This document shows positions 28,977-38,279 of a DNA stretch of 64,000 bases, in pieces. The notes beneath the pieces were generated by a model, which was given only the letters and a program-made list of their open reading frames with translations, was not told where the DNA came from and searched no databases. The stretch's first letter is position 1. The number at the start of each line of letters is the position of its first letter. The stretch is from an uncultured Chloroflexia bacterium. GTDB lineage: Bacteria > Chloroflexota > Limnocylindria > Limnocylindrales > CSP1-4. Made by a program: the position numbers and the translations under genes. The stretch is from contig CAWIDI010000003.1 of assembly GCA_963834915.1 (NCBI GenBank), positions 359,759 through 423,758 on the forward strand, in the 5' to 3' direction.

Positions 28977-30152
28977 CTACGGGCGGTCGAGCGGTCGCCT
29001 CGCCGAGATCGCCCGGTGTCGGCCGCCGACCTCCACGTGGAGCTGGACATCCGCGGCGCCCGACGCGCGGAGGAGGCTCCGAAGGTGCGCCATCGACGGA
29101 TACCGTGAATGGATGTAGTGGTACGGCACCAGCGGCACGCCGAGGTGCCGGCGCAGCCACTTCTTGGTGCCCATGGTCCGGCCGTAGCGCGACGCGGCGT
29201 CGTGATCGAAGACGACCAGCCAGCCGCCCGGCGCCACGTGACGGAACAGCGTCGCCACCGCCTGGTCCTGGAGGCCTCTAGGCAATTGCTGGACCACGTC
29301 ATAGGCGAAGACGACGTCATGGCGGGTCACCTCGCCGAAGGCGTACGCGCGGTCTTCCAGGATGTCGCCGACCATCAGTTCGGCCGGGATCCCCTGGCGC
29401 GCGAGCCGCTGCCGGGCGGCGCCGACCATCTCTTCCGAGAGGTCGAAGCCGCGAAGCTCCACCCGCTCGGTGTCGCCGATCGGCAGCGGCAGCTTGCCGA
29501 GCCAGAACCCGGTCCCCGTCCCGGCCTCCAGGACGCGGAGCGGCTGGCGCGGACCGAGTGCCGCCAGCGGCTGGGAGAACGTCTGGGTGAAGAAGGCCGT
29601 GGCCCAGTCGGCATGCTGGAAGGCGGCGTCGTACACGCCGGTCGCGACGAGGTCCGCGTATGAGGAGGTCAGAACGGCCGCGTACGAGACGGTGGGAGGC
29701 GTGCTGACCACGGTCACGAGGAACGCGACGATGCCGCAGATGACCGCCGACGCAAGCAGGACGTTCGGCTCGATCAGCCACGCCGTCGGGGTCAGGCCGG
29801 CCAGCGGGTGATCGCCGTGGAGCGTCTCGAGGTTCTCGAGGAGGAGGAAGCCGGACATGCCGACGACCAGCATGCCCGCCCAGGCGGCCAGGAAGCGCCG
29901 CAGGGAGAAGCGGCTGCGGACGTTTCGCAGATCGGATGGCGAGAGGAAGATCGCGGCGCCCAGGGCGACCGCCGTGATGATCAGCGCGGCGAGGAAGTAG
30001 CTGTGGTGGCCCCCGAAAGCCATCGCCGCCGCGAAGCTCGAGGCGATCCCATGGTCGAGTGCATAGACCACGAGGTGGACGAGTTCGGCGGTGAAGGCCG
30101 CGGCCGAGAGATAGAGGAGGAGGGGCCGACGGGCGTCGCGGATCGAGGTCAT
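28977..30152 (-). CDS. Membrane-anchored class I SAM-dependent methyltransferase
   Basis: 391 aa. The N-terminal approximately 160 aa have 4 TM helices, several His-containing (LVHLVVYALDHG, FGGHHSYF). The C-terminal domain has motif I VLEAGTGTGFW and APGGWLVVFD. Confidence 0.7.
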   Translation of the reverse strand: MTSIRDARRPLLLYLSAAAFTAELVHLVVYALDHGIASSFAAAMAFGGHHSYFLAALIITAVALGAAIFLSPSDLRNVRSRFSLRRFLAAWAGMLVVGMSGFLLLENLETLHGDHPLAGLTPTAWLIEPNVLLASAVICGIVAFLVTVVSTPPTVSYAAVLTSSYADLVATGVYDAAFQHADWATAFFTQTFSQPLAALGPRQPLRVLEAGTGTGFWLGKLPLPIGDTERVELRGFDLSEEMVGAARQRLARQGIPAELMVGDILEDRAYAFGEVTRHDVVFAYDVVQQLPRGLQDQAVATLFRHVAPGGWLVVFDHDAASRYGRTMGTKKWLRRHLGVPLVPYHYIHSRYPSMAHLRSLLRASGAADVQLHVEVGGRHRAISARRPLDRP

Positions 30153-30196
30153 GCGCCGATGCTAGCGCAACACCCCCTCCGCCCGGCTTCGGCCGC

Positions 30197-30250
30197 CCTC
30201 GTGCGCGTCAGCGGACGTTGCCCGCTCGCAACATCGCTCGGCGCACGAGG
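30197..30250. promoter_or_regulatory. Long-range perfect 10-bp inverted repeat in a divergent promoter region
   Basis: CCTCGTGCGC (30197-30206) pairs with GCGCACGAGG (30241-30250). The 34-nt spacer contains a nested AGCGG/CCGCT stem. Confidence 0.35.
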
Positions 30251-30260
30251 CGCGGGCGTC

Positions 30261-30288
30261 TTGGCTGGGCCGGAATCGCTGGTATTGT
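30261..30288 (+). promoter_or_regulatory. Sigma-70-like promoter for the right half of the glycan locus
   Basis: TTGGCT, 16 nt, TATTGT. The ATG at 30299 begins 10 nt after the -10 hexamer, which implies a leaderless or near-leaderless mRNA. Confidence 0.4.
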
Positions 30289-30298
30289 CACCGCGACC

Positions 30299-31471
30299 AT
30301 GACCGCCGCGCCCGATCCCCCCATGCGCCTCGCCTACCTGGGCGACCCCAACGAGGTCCATACCCGCCGTTGGCTGACGTTCTTCGTCACGCGTGGGCAT
30401 CACGTCCACCTGCTCGTGCGAAGCGACACGGTCCTGGAGTCGCCGCTCCCGGACGGGATCGTCCTCGAGCGGATGGACCCGTTCGACATCCGCTGGTATC
30501 GGCCGGATTCCTATCTCGCCGCCCGGCGGGCCGTCCGCCGGTCTCTCGACCGGATCGATGCCCAGGTCCTGCACGTGCACTACCTCACGGGGTACGGCTT
30601 CTGGGCCTGGCTCTCCGGGTTCCGGCCATATGTCGTGACCGTCTGGGGTTCGGACGTCTTCCGGACGCTGCCCACCTCGCGCCGCCACCGGCTGTACGGC
30701 TGGCTGAGCCTGCGTGGCGCCGCCGCCGTGACCGCCAATTCGGTCGACCTGGCCGAAGGCGCGATCGCCGGCGGCGCGCGACGGGACCGCACGAGCGTCG
30801 TCCAGTTCGGCGTCGACACCGCGCGGTTCAGCCCGGCGCCCCGGAACGAGACGCTCGCCGCTCGGATCGGGGTGCGGACGCGACGGCTCGTCTTCTCCCC
30901 GCGCGTGATCTTCCCGTGGAACCGCCACGAGGACGTCATCCACGCCGTCGCCGAGATGCCCGCTGACGTCGGGCTGCTGCTGAGCGCGCTGCACGCCGAC
31001 CCCGAGTACCAGGCCAGCCTCGTCGCGCTGGCCGAGTCGGTCGGGATCGCCGAGCGGATGACCGTGCTCGAAGGGATCCCGCACGCCGAGATGGCCGACC
31101 ACCTGCGCCTGGCCGACGTGGTCGTCTCGGTGCCGGAGACCGACGGCACGCCGGTCACGATCCTCGAGTCGCTCGCCTGCGGCGTGCCGGTCGTCGCCTC
31201 GGACGTGCCGAGCGTCCGCGAGTGGCTCGCCGAGTTCTCGCCGGAGCTGCTGGTCCCCATCGCCGACCAGGCGGCGACCACGGCCGCGATCCGCCACGTG
31301 CTCGACCTCTCCGACGACGCGGCGGCGGCCCTGCGCGCGGCCGGCCGCGCGCTGGTCGTCGAGCGCGGCGACCACGCCACCCACATGCTGGCGGTCGAGG
31401 CGACCTACCGGGCGCTCGCCGCGGAAGCCTCGCGCGCGAGCGATGGCCGGGCGGCCCAGGCGATCCGATGA
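30299..31471 (+). CDS. GT4-family glycosyltransferase
   Basis: I take the start as MTAAPDPPMRLAYLG (ATG 30299) because of the promoter geometry; the track start is 30218. The N-terminus reads LGDPNEVHTRRWLTFFVTRGHHVHLLV. The C-terminal E-x7-E region reads SVPETDGTPVTILESLACGVPVVASD. Confidence 0.75.
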   Translation: MTAAPDPPMRLAYLGDPNEVHTRRWLTFFVTRGHHVHLLVRSDTVLESPLPDGIVLERMDPFDIRWYRPDSYLAARRAVRRSLDRIDAQVLHVHYLTGYGFWAWLSGFRPYVVTVWGSDVFRTLPTSRRHRLYGWLSLRGAAAVTANSVDLAEGAIAGGARRDRTSVVQFGVDTARFSPAPRNETLAARIGVRTRRLVFSPRVIFPWNRHEDVIHAVAEMPADVGLLLSALHADPEYQASLVALAESVGIAERMTVLEGIPHAEMADHLRLADVVVSVPETDGTPVTILESLACGVPVVASDVPSVREWLAEFSPELLVPIADQAATTAAIRHVLDLSDDAAAALRAAGRALVVERGDHATHMLAVEATYRALAAEASRASDGRAAQAIR

Positions 31472-32820
31472 GCGTCATCGATCGGTCCGGCTCTGCCCTC
31501 TCGAACCGGGTCGTCATCGCCTTCATCTCGCGGGTCACCGTGGCGGTCATCGGCCTGTTCAGCGCCTTCATGCTCGCGCGTCTGCTCGGCCCGGCCGAGA
31601 AGGGCGAGTTCACGGTCGGGCAGATCGTGCCCTCGACGATCTTCGTCCTGGGCCAGCTCGGTCTGACCTCGGCTCTGTCCTATTACGCCGGGCGCGGGCG
31701 GACCCTCGGCCTGACGCGTCGCGCGCTCGGCCTGGCCGCGCTGCTGTCGGCGATCGGGATCGGCGTGACCCTCGTGTTCATGCCGTTCATCCAGGAGCAC
31801 ATCTTCAAGAACATCGATCCGGTGGTGATCATCGGATCGCTCGCGGTCGTCCCGTCCCTCTTCGCGTTCGCGTTCGCCAACTCGATCCTGACGGGGCGGC
31901 AGCAGATGGTCGCCTACGGCCTGCTGGCGATCGGCCAGATCATCGCCGCACTGATCCTCTACATCGCCCTGATCGGCATCGCGGGGCTCGGCGCCCGCGG
32001 CGCCATCCTGGCCTACTTCCTGTTCTCGTCGGGGACGGCGATCGCCGCAATCTGGGCGGCGTCGCGGGCCACCCGGCACGCGACCGACGAACCGCCGGCG
32101 AAGGTCCGCGACCTGTTCCACTACAGCCTGCGCGTCTATCCAGCCAGTCTCTCGGGGTTCTTCAGCTACCGGGCCGACGTCATCATCATGGCGGCCATCC
32201 TCGCGTCGCCGGCGGCCCTCGGCCTGTACAGCTTCGCGGTCGGACTCGCGGAGCTGGTCTTCTTCCTGCCGGATTCGGTGGTGCTGGTCTTCTTCCCGCA
32301 TGTCGCCGGCGGCTCCCGCGAGGAGGCCGATGCCACGGTCCCGATGGTCAGCCGGGTGACGGTCGCGATGACCGGCCTGGCGGCGCTCGCCCTCGTGCCC
32401 GCCGCGATCATCGCGGTCAATCTCGTGCTGCCGGCCTTCGTCGAGTCCCTGCCGGCGCTGTTCGTGCTGCTGCCCGCAGTCGTGGCCCTGTCGATCTCGA
32501 AGATCCTCTCGGCCTACCTGAACGGCCTGGCCCGGACGAGCTTCGTCTCCTTCATGGCCACCAGCGCGCTGATCCTCAATGTCGTGATGAACTTCATCCT
32601 GATCCCGGTCTGGGGGATCATGGGCGCGGCGGCCGCGTCGCTGATCTCCTACACCTTCGGCGCGGTGCTGGCCATCGCCTTCTCCAGCCGCCTGGCCGGC
32701 GCGCGGCCGCTCAGCTTCGTGATCCCGACCCGGGCGGACGTCGTCAGTGTCATCGCGATGACCACGACGATCCTCGGCCAGGTCCGTTCGCGGATCCGTC
32801 CGGCGAACACCGGTGCCTGA
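31468..32820 (+). CDS. wzx: Wzx-like oligosaccharide flippase (MOP/polysaccharide biosynthesis protein family)
   Basis: This is the last 450 aa of the 532-aa track ORF. ATG 31468 overlaps the previous stop (ATGA). It has about 12-14 TM helices, and the N-terminal SALSNRVVIAFISRVTVAVIGLFSAFMLARLLGPAEKGEF is typical of this family. Confidence 0.75.
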   Translation: MSVIDRSGSALSNRVVIAFISRVTVAVIGLFSAFMLARLLGPAEKGEFTVGQIVPSTIFVLGQLGLTSALSYYAGRGRTLGLTRRALGLAALLSAIGIGVTLVFMPFIQEHIFKNIDPVVIIGSLAVVPSLFAFAFANSILTGRQQMVAYGLLAIGQIIAALILYIALIGIAGLGARGAILAYFLFSSGTAIAAIWAASRATRHATDEPPAKVRDLFHYSLRVYPASLSGFFSYRADVIIMAAILASPAALGLYSFAVGLAELVFFLPDSVVLVFFPHVAGGSREEADATVPMVSRVTVAMTGLAALALVPAAIIAVNLVLPAFVESLPALFVLLPAVVALSISKILSAYLNGLARTSFVSFMATSALILNVVMNFILIPVWGIMGAAAASLISYTFGAVLAIAFSSRLAGARPLSFVIPTRADVVSVIAMTTTILGQVRSRIRPANTGA

Positions 32821-32821
32821 G

Positions 32822-33451
32822 ATGGAGGTGCTCCGGGTCTACGTCGCGGGCGCCTGGGATTCGCTGCTGACCAGCGGTGCGCTCGCCGGCCTGGTCGGCG
32901 TCGAGGGCGTCCAGCTGGTCGGGCTTGACCTCGACCGGCTCGACCCGGTCCGCCTGCGTTCCGCGGCACCGGACCTCCTGATCTCCGCCGGCCATCAGTA
33001 CCTCATCTCCCCGGCGGAGATCGCGGTCGCCAGGCTCGGGACGGTGGGCCTGCATCCGTCCCTGCTGCCCCGCTACCGCGGTTCGCACCCGCTCTGGTGG
33101 GCGCTGCACCATCACGAATCCGAGGCCGGCATCACGCTCTACCGACTCGATGCCGGGATCGACACCGGCCCCATCCTCGCCCAGCGCCGCGTGCCGATCA
33201 TGTCGGGCGACACCTTCGGATCGCTCTATCGCCGGACGGTCCGGGAGATCCCGCCGATCCTGGCCGAGATGCGGGCGGCCATCGCCACGACCGGCACCCT
33301 GCCCGAGGGCGCCGTCCAGGACGAATCGCTGGCGACCTACTACGGCCCGCCGACGGAGCGGCAGCTCCACGGCAGCCTCGTCGGTCGGATCCTGCGGCGC
33401 GCCCGTCGGTCCCTGGGCTGGACGGGCCGCAAGACCACGGCCCGGCGGTGA
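32822..33451 (+). CDS. Formyltransferase-fold protein, short (catalytic domain only), non-canonical active site
   Basis: MEVLRVYVAG... (GTG 32813 is also possible). It has HPSLLPRYRG and DAGIDTGPIL motifs of the Fmt/PurN/ArnA family. The residue two before the His is Gly (VGLHPS, Gly codon 33047-33049) instead of the canonical Asn. Confidence 0.65.
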   Translation: MEVLRVYVAGAWDSLLTSGALAGLVGVEGVQLVGLDLDRLDPVRLRSAAPDLLISAGHQYLISPAEIAVARLGTVGLHPSLLPRYRGSHPLWWALHHHESEAGITLYRLDAGIDTGPILAQRRVPIMSGDTFGSLYRRTVREIPPILAEMRAAIATTGTLPEGAVQDESLATYYGPPTERQLHGSLVGRILRRARRSLGWTGRKTTARR

Positions 33452-34905
33452 CCGTGGCGACGCACGCAGATCCCTCGGCGGCCGATCCGACGCGTCCAGC
33501 GCCACGGGTCGCGATGGTCGCGTACTTCTTTCCGCCGGTCGGCGGCGTCGCGGTCGCGCGGACGATGGGCGCCGTGCGATACCTGCCCGACGCCGGCTGG
33601 ACGCCGGTCGTGATCGCCCCGCGGGGCTCGACCTATCACCTCATCGACCAGGCCGGCGTCGAGCGACTCCCCGCCGGTCTCGAGATCGAGCGGGCGCGCA
33701 CCTTCGAGCCCGGGCACCTGCGACGGGTGATCACATCGCTGCGTCGCGGCGGGTCGGCCGGTCCAGCAGCGCCCGCGCCCCTCGCCCCTGCCGCGTCCCT
33801 GCCGCCCGCGTCGGCACCGGCCGCACCGGCCGCACCAAGCCCAGTGAAGAGCGGCCTCTCGTGGCCCGCGCGCATCCGGCGGACCCTGTGGTTCCCGGAC
33901 GACCAGCTCGGCTGGATCCCCTCGGCCGTCATGGCCGTGCGTCGGGCGAACCGTCGAGCGCCACTCGCCGCCATCCATTCGAGCTCGTCGCCGACGAGCG
34001 CCCACGTCGCCGCGGCGATCGCAGCGCGCCAGATGGGGATCCCGTGGGTGGCCGATTTCCGCGACCCATGGGTGGAGAACCCGGTCGACCCCGCGATGGG
34101 GCCCATCGATGCATGGCGGCGTCGAACCCTGGAGGCCTGGATCATCCGCTCCGCGGACGCGGTGACGTTCGCGACCCCCACGCTCCACGACGACTACGTC
34201 CGCCGCTACCCGGAACGGGCCCACCGGTTCCATGTCATCGAGAACGGCTACGACCGATCCGAGCTGCCGCCCCGACCCGCCCGATCCGCGCAAGAGCGGT
34301 CGCGTGGCGAGGTGCGCCGGCTCGTGTATGCGGGCTCGCTCTATCGTCCGTCCGAGCTGGCGACCTTCCTCGACGGCGTCTCGGCCCTGCTCGACCGCCG
34401 ACCTGACGCCGCCGCCCGGCTCCGGATCGGATTCATCGGCTCGGCGACCGACGCGTGCAAGGCAGTCGCGGGCTCGCGACTCGCACGCCCGGACGTCGCC
34501 GAGGTCGTGTCGTTCACCCCGTTCCTCCCCCGTGCGGAGGCCCTCCGCCGGCTGGCCGATGCCGACGCGGCCCTGACCCTCCTCGGGCCGGGACCCGGGA
34601 TGGAGCAGTTCATCGGCGCGAAGCTCTACGACGCGATCGGCCTCGATCGGCAGGTCGTCGCGATGCTGCCCCCCGGCGACGCCCGCGAGGTCCTGGCCGG
34701 GCTCGATTGGGGGATCGTCTGCGACCCCGAACCGGGCTCCGTGGCGGACGCCCTCGAGCGCTTCCTCGCCGCGGTGCCGACGGACCGGCGGGCCGACCCC
34801 GACGGTCGATACGATCGCGCCGTGCTGGCGCGACGCCTGGCGGAGCTGCTCGACGACCTGACTGCCACGGCGCCGGCGGCGGCGGCGGGCCGGACGCCGG
34901 CGTGA
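33448..34905 (+). CDS. Glycosyltransferase (GT-B, GT4-like), with internal Ala/Pro-rich insert
   Basis: GTG 33448 overlaps the previous stop (GTGA). Motifs include VAMVAYFFPPVGGVAVARTMG, IHSSSSPTSAHVAAAIAARQMGIPWVADFRDPW and HVIENGYD. A low-complexity insert reads AAPAPLAPAASLPPASAPAAPAAPSP. Confidence 0.55.
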   Translation: MTVATHADPSAADPTRPAPRVAMVAYFFPPVGGVAVARTMGAVRYLPDAGWTPVVIAPRGSTYHLIDQAGVERLPAGLEIERARTFEPGHLRRVITSLRRGGSAGPAAPAPLAPAASLPPASAPAAPAAPSPVKSGLSWPARIRRTLWFPDDQLGWIPSAVMAVRRANRRAPLAAIHSSSSPTSAHVAAAIAARQMGIPWVADFRDPWVENPVDPAMGPIDAWRRRTLEAWIIRSADAVTFATPTLHDDYVRRYPERAHRFHVIENGYDRSELPPRPARSAQERSRGEVRRLVYAGSLYRPSELATFLDGVSALLDRRPDAAARLRIGFIGSATDACKAVAGSRLARPDVAEVVSFTPFLPRAEALRRLADADAALTLLGPGPGMEQFIGAKLYDAIGLDRQVVAMLPPGDAREVLAGLDWGIVCDPEPGSVADALERFLAAVPTDRRADPDGRYDRAVLARRLAELLDDLTATAPAAAAGRTPA

Positions 34906-34937
34906 CGACCCTCGGTCTGTCCCGCCATCGGGCTCCG

Positions 34938-37067
34938 ATGGCCCGCCCGTCCGCCAAGGCGACGCGGTGGATGCGAGCGCTCCTCGCGGTCGCGGTCGTC
35001 GTCGGCGCCCTGGCCGCGGTGGCCTACGGGGTCTCGACCGACCGACTCCTGATCGTCGCCGGCGGCGCCATCGGGGTCGCGGTCGTCGCGGTCGGGGCGC
35101 GTGCGCCGGTCGGCCTGCTGCTGGTCTACGTCGCGCTCATGCCCTGGGAGAACGCCGGGCCGTCGGGTGGTGCCGGGACGGTGGTCAAGCTGGTCGGGCT
35201 CGCCTTCGGCGCCGCCTACGTGATCCATCGCGGCTCGCACCTCCGGCTGGATGCCGTCGGGCCATGGCTCTGGGGGTTCGTCGCGTGGGCCTGCGCCAGC
35301 CTGCTCTGGTCCGCGCAGCCGGCGACCGTCGCGGACGAGGCCTTCACGCTGGTCCAGCTCTTCATCGTGACCCTGCTGGTCGCCGACCTGATGTCCGATC
35401 GGCCCGATGTCGCGGAGCCGGTGATGTGGATGTATGTCGCCTCAGCGACGATCACGAGCTTCATCGGGCTCTACATGTACGCCGTCAACAATTCGTCGCT
35501 GCCCGATGGGCGCGCCGAGGCCTTCATCGGCCAGTCGGCTCCGCAGTTCGCGACCATCCTCCTGCCGGCCGCGATCATGCTGACGTGGCGGTCGCTCCAT
35601 CGGCCGGCGCTCTGGGCCATCGCCGGCGCACTGATCGTCGACCTCGCGATCGTCCTGTCCGCGACCCGAAGCGCGTGGGTCGCGATCATCGTGGCGATCG
35701 TCGTCGGCCTCCTGCCGCGGCTCGAGACCGGGCGGCGACTCGCGCTGATCCTCGCCGCGATCGGCGTCGCGGCGGCGATGCTCCTGGCGCCCGGCGTCGG
35801 CGACCTCCTGACCGAGCGGCTCAACACCGCGATCGAGAGCGGTGGCACGGGCCGGACCGCGATCTGGGCGGTCGGGCTCAACGTGGTGCCCGAGCATCCG
35901 ATCATCGGCATCGGCTACGGCGACTTCCCGTCGGTCATCAACCCGGAGAACGTCCGGGCCACGATCCTCCCGGTCCAGACCGACGTCCTGGAGTTCCCGA
36001 TCGGCCCGCACAACATCGTGGTCGGCACGCTGGTCGAGCTCGGCGTGGTCGGGCTCATCCTGCTGCTCGGCGTCCTGCGGAGCCTCTTCCAGGGTCCGGC
36101 CCGGACGGAGGGGGCCGTGCTGGCCCGGGCGGTGATGATCGGGTTCACGGTCCAGTCGCTGTTCCTCGGGATCGCGAACCTCAAGCAGGTCTGGCTGTTC
36201 ATCGCCATCGCCCTCGGCCTCGCCGCGGCCGAGCGCCGCCGTGCCGCGAACGAGACGGCCGGAGCCATGGTCGAGACCGCCGCGGTTGCGCCGGCCGCGC
36301 GGATGGCGACGCCGAGCGGTAGTTCGTCGGCGGTCAGTGCGCCGACTGACGCAAGCCCTCTGGTCGACGAACCTGCGCGCGACCTCATGGTGCCTGACAC
36401 CGACGACAGCGCCTTCCTCGGCGACGCGGTCCTCCGGGCACCGGCGGGTGCCCACGCGATCCTGCTCGGACCGCCGGTTGCGGCGCCGCGGCCGGAAGCT
36501 CCGCCCGTGGACGCGACGGAGGTCGCGCCCGAGGCAGCGACGGAGATCGCGCCGGAAACGTCGCCGTGGTGGCTTCCCCCGCCGAGGACGCCGGAGTCAC
36601 CAGGCGAGCCCGAGGCGCCAGAGACGCCACCTGAGCCGGCGACGATGCAGTCGGAGTCGGAGCCGCGACCGGAGCCGGTGCGGGAACCCGAGCCCGTGCC
36701 GGAGCCGGGATCGAGATCGGCGCCCACGCCCACGCGCGCACCCAGGGCGCCCCGCGCACGAGCGGCCTCGACGTCGAAGCCGGGGGCGGCCCCGCTCGCG
36801 AATGACGCCTCGACCGGGAACGCCGACGCCGGCGCCAGGAAGCCGGAGGCCACCCCGTCCACGGCGACCCCGGTCAAACCCGTGAAGGAGGCCCAGGCGT
36901 CGAAACCGGACAAGGCGCCCAAGGCGGCAAAGACGGCGAAGCCGGCCAAGGCCGCGAAGACCGGCCGCGGTGCCGCGGTCGAGTCCTCCGGGGCCAAGCC
37001 TCCCGGTCGCCGCCGATCCGCGGGGACGAAGCCACCGCCACCGACGTCCGAGGACGACGATCGGTGA
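34938..37067 (+). CDS. O-antigen polymerase/ligase-family (Wzy/WaaL-like) membrane protein with long disordered C-terminal tail
   Basis: Start is ATG 34938 (MARPSAKATRWMRALLAV); GTG 34902 overlapping the previous stop is an alternative. It has about 10-12 TM helices and a Wzy_C-like core (LSATRSAWVAIIVAIVVG). From about 36240 onward there is an approximately 275-aa Pro/Glu/Ala/Lys-rich tail ending in KPDKAPKAAKTAKPAKAAKTG repeats. Confidence 0.65.
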   Translation: MARPSAKATRWMRALLAVAVVVGALAAVAYGVSTDRLLIVAGGAIGVAVVAVGARAPVGLLLVYVALMPWENAGPSGGAGTVVKLVGLAFGAAYVIHRGSHLRLDAVGPWLWGFVAWACASLLWSAQPATVADEAFTLVQLFIVTLLVADLMSDRPDVAEPVMWMYVASATITSFIGLYMYAVNNSSLPDGRAEAFIGQSAPQFATILLPAAIMLTWRSLHRPALWAIAGALIVDLAIVLSATRSAWVAIIVAIVVGLLPRLETGRRLALILAAIGVAAAMLLAPGVGDLLTERLNTAIESGGTGRTAIWAVGLNVVPEHPIIGIGYGDFPSVINPENVRATILPVQTDVLEFPIGPHNIVVGTLVELGVVGLILLLGVLRSLFQGPARTEGAVLARAVMIGFTVQSLFLGIANLKQVWLFIAIALGLAAAERRRAANETAGAMVETAAVAPAARMATPSGSSSAVSAPTDASPLVDEPARDLMVPDTDDSAFLGDAVLRAPAGAHAILLGPPVAAPRPEAPPVDATEVAPEAATEIAPETSPWWLPPPRTPESPGEPEAPETPPEPATMQSESEPRPEPVREPEPVPEPGSRSAPTPTRAPRAPRARAASTSKPGAAPLANDASTGNADAGARKPEATPSTATPVKPVKEAQASKPDKAPKAAKTAKPAKAAKTGRGAAVESSGAKPPGRRRSAGTKPPPPTSEDDDR

Positions 37068-38275
37068 CTGACGACCGGCCGCGGTCGGTCGACTGGCTGA
37101 CCCCGAACTACCCCTGGGCCGACGACCCGATCCCCGGTTCGTTCCATCGGACGCAGGCGCGCGCCGTGGTCCGCGCCGGCGTCCGCGTGCGGGTCGTCGC
37201 CCCGACCCCATTCGCGCCATTCCCACTGTCGCGGGCGAGTGAGCGGTGGCGTCGTTACGCGGCCGCACCGGCACACCAGACCGACGAATCCGTCGAGGTC
37301 ATGCGGCCGCGTTACCTGGCCGTCCCCGGCGAGCCGCGCTGGGCCCAGGTCAGCCGGAGCGTCGCGGCCGCGGCGAGCCGGGCGATCGGGAAGGACCCCG
37401 CCCCCCTGGTCCACGCCCACTTCATCACGCCCGGCGGGATGGCCGCCCGACGCCTGAACCAGCGGAGCGGGCGTCCATACGTGATCACCGTGCATGGCCA
37501 TGACGCGACCTCATGGCCGGCAGCCCACGCCGACCACCTCGACGAATACCGGGCCACCGTCCGCGACGCCGCGTCGGTCATCACGGTCAGCCATGCCCTC
37601 GCGACCAAGCTGGCGGCCCTGACCGGCGTCGAGGCCGTGACGCTCCCGCTGGGGGTCGACCATGCCCGCCTGGCCGGCCTGGCGGTCCCTCGCGACGAGG
37701 CCAGGCGACGGCTCGGCATCCCGGCCGATCGCACGGTCGTGCTCTTCGTGGGGCGGTTGCTGCCGCTGAAGGGCGTCCGCGAGCTCGTCGAGGCGCTCCT
37801 GTCGCTCGACGCGCCGTTCCTCGGCGTCCTCCTCGGGGAGGGGCCGCTCGCGGGCCATCGCGCGGACGAGGGCGCCGCGGGCGACCGGTTCCGATATGCG
37901 GGCGGCCAGCCGCCGGAGGTGGTCGCCGCCTGGATGTCCGCCGCGGACATGCTGGTCCTGCCGTCCTACCAGGAAGGGCTGCCGACGGTCCTCGTGGAGG
38001 CCGGGAGCTTCGGTCTGCCGGTCATCGCCAGTGCCGTCGACGGCACGCCCGAGCTGCTCGGTGCCGACCGCGGCCTGCTGCTGCCCGCGATCGACGCCCC
38101 GTCGATCCGGGACGCGATCGTCGCGGTCGCCGCGGATCCCGCCGGTGCCGCCGAGCGTGCGGGCCGACTGCGCGAGCACGTCCTCGCCGAATACGACGTC
38201 GACCGCAACGCGGTCCGGCTCGTCGACCTGTACTCCCGGGTCATCGCTGACGCCCATCCGCGTCTGGCATCCTAG
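37064..38275 (+). CDS. GT4-family glycosyltransferase
   Basis: 403 aa. The GTG start overlaps the previous stop (GTGA). Motifs include VHAHFITPGGMAA, VLFVGRLLPLKGV and PSYQEGLPTVLVEAGSFGLPVIAS (E-x7-E). Confidence 0.8.
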   Translation: MTDDRPRSVDWLTPNYPWADDPIPGSFHRTQARAVVRAGVRVRVVAPTPFAPFPLSRASERWRRYAAAPAHQTDESVEVMRPRYLAVPGEPRWAQVSRSVAAAASRAIGKDPAPLVHAHFITPGGMAARRLNQRSGRPYVITVHGHDATSWPAAHADHLDEYRATVRDAASVITVSHALATKLAALTGVEAVTLPLGVDHARLAGLAVPRDEARRRLGIPADRTVVLFVGRLLPLKGVRELVEALLSLDAPFLGVLLGEGPLAGHRADEGAAGDRFRYAGGQPPEVVAAWMSAADMLVLPSYQEGLPTVLVEAGSFGLPVIASAVDGTPELLGADRGLLLPAIDAPSIRDAIVAVAADPAGAAERAGRLREHVLAEYDVDRNAVRLVDLYSRVIADAHPRLAS

Positions 38276-38279
38276 GGCG

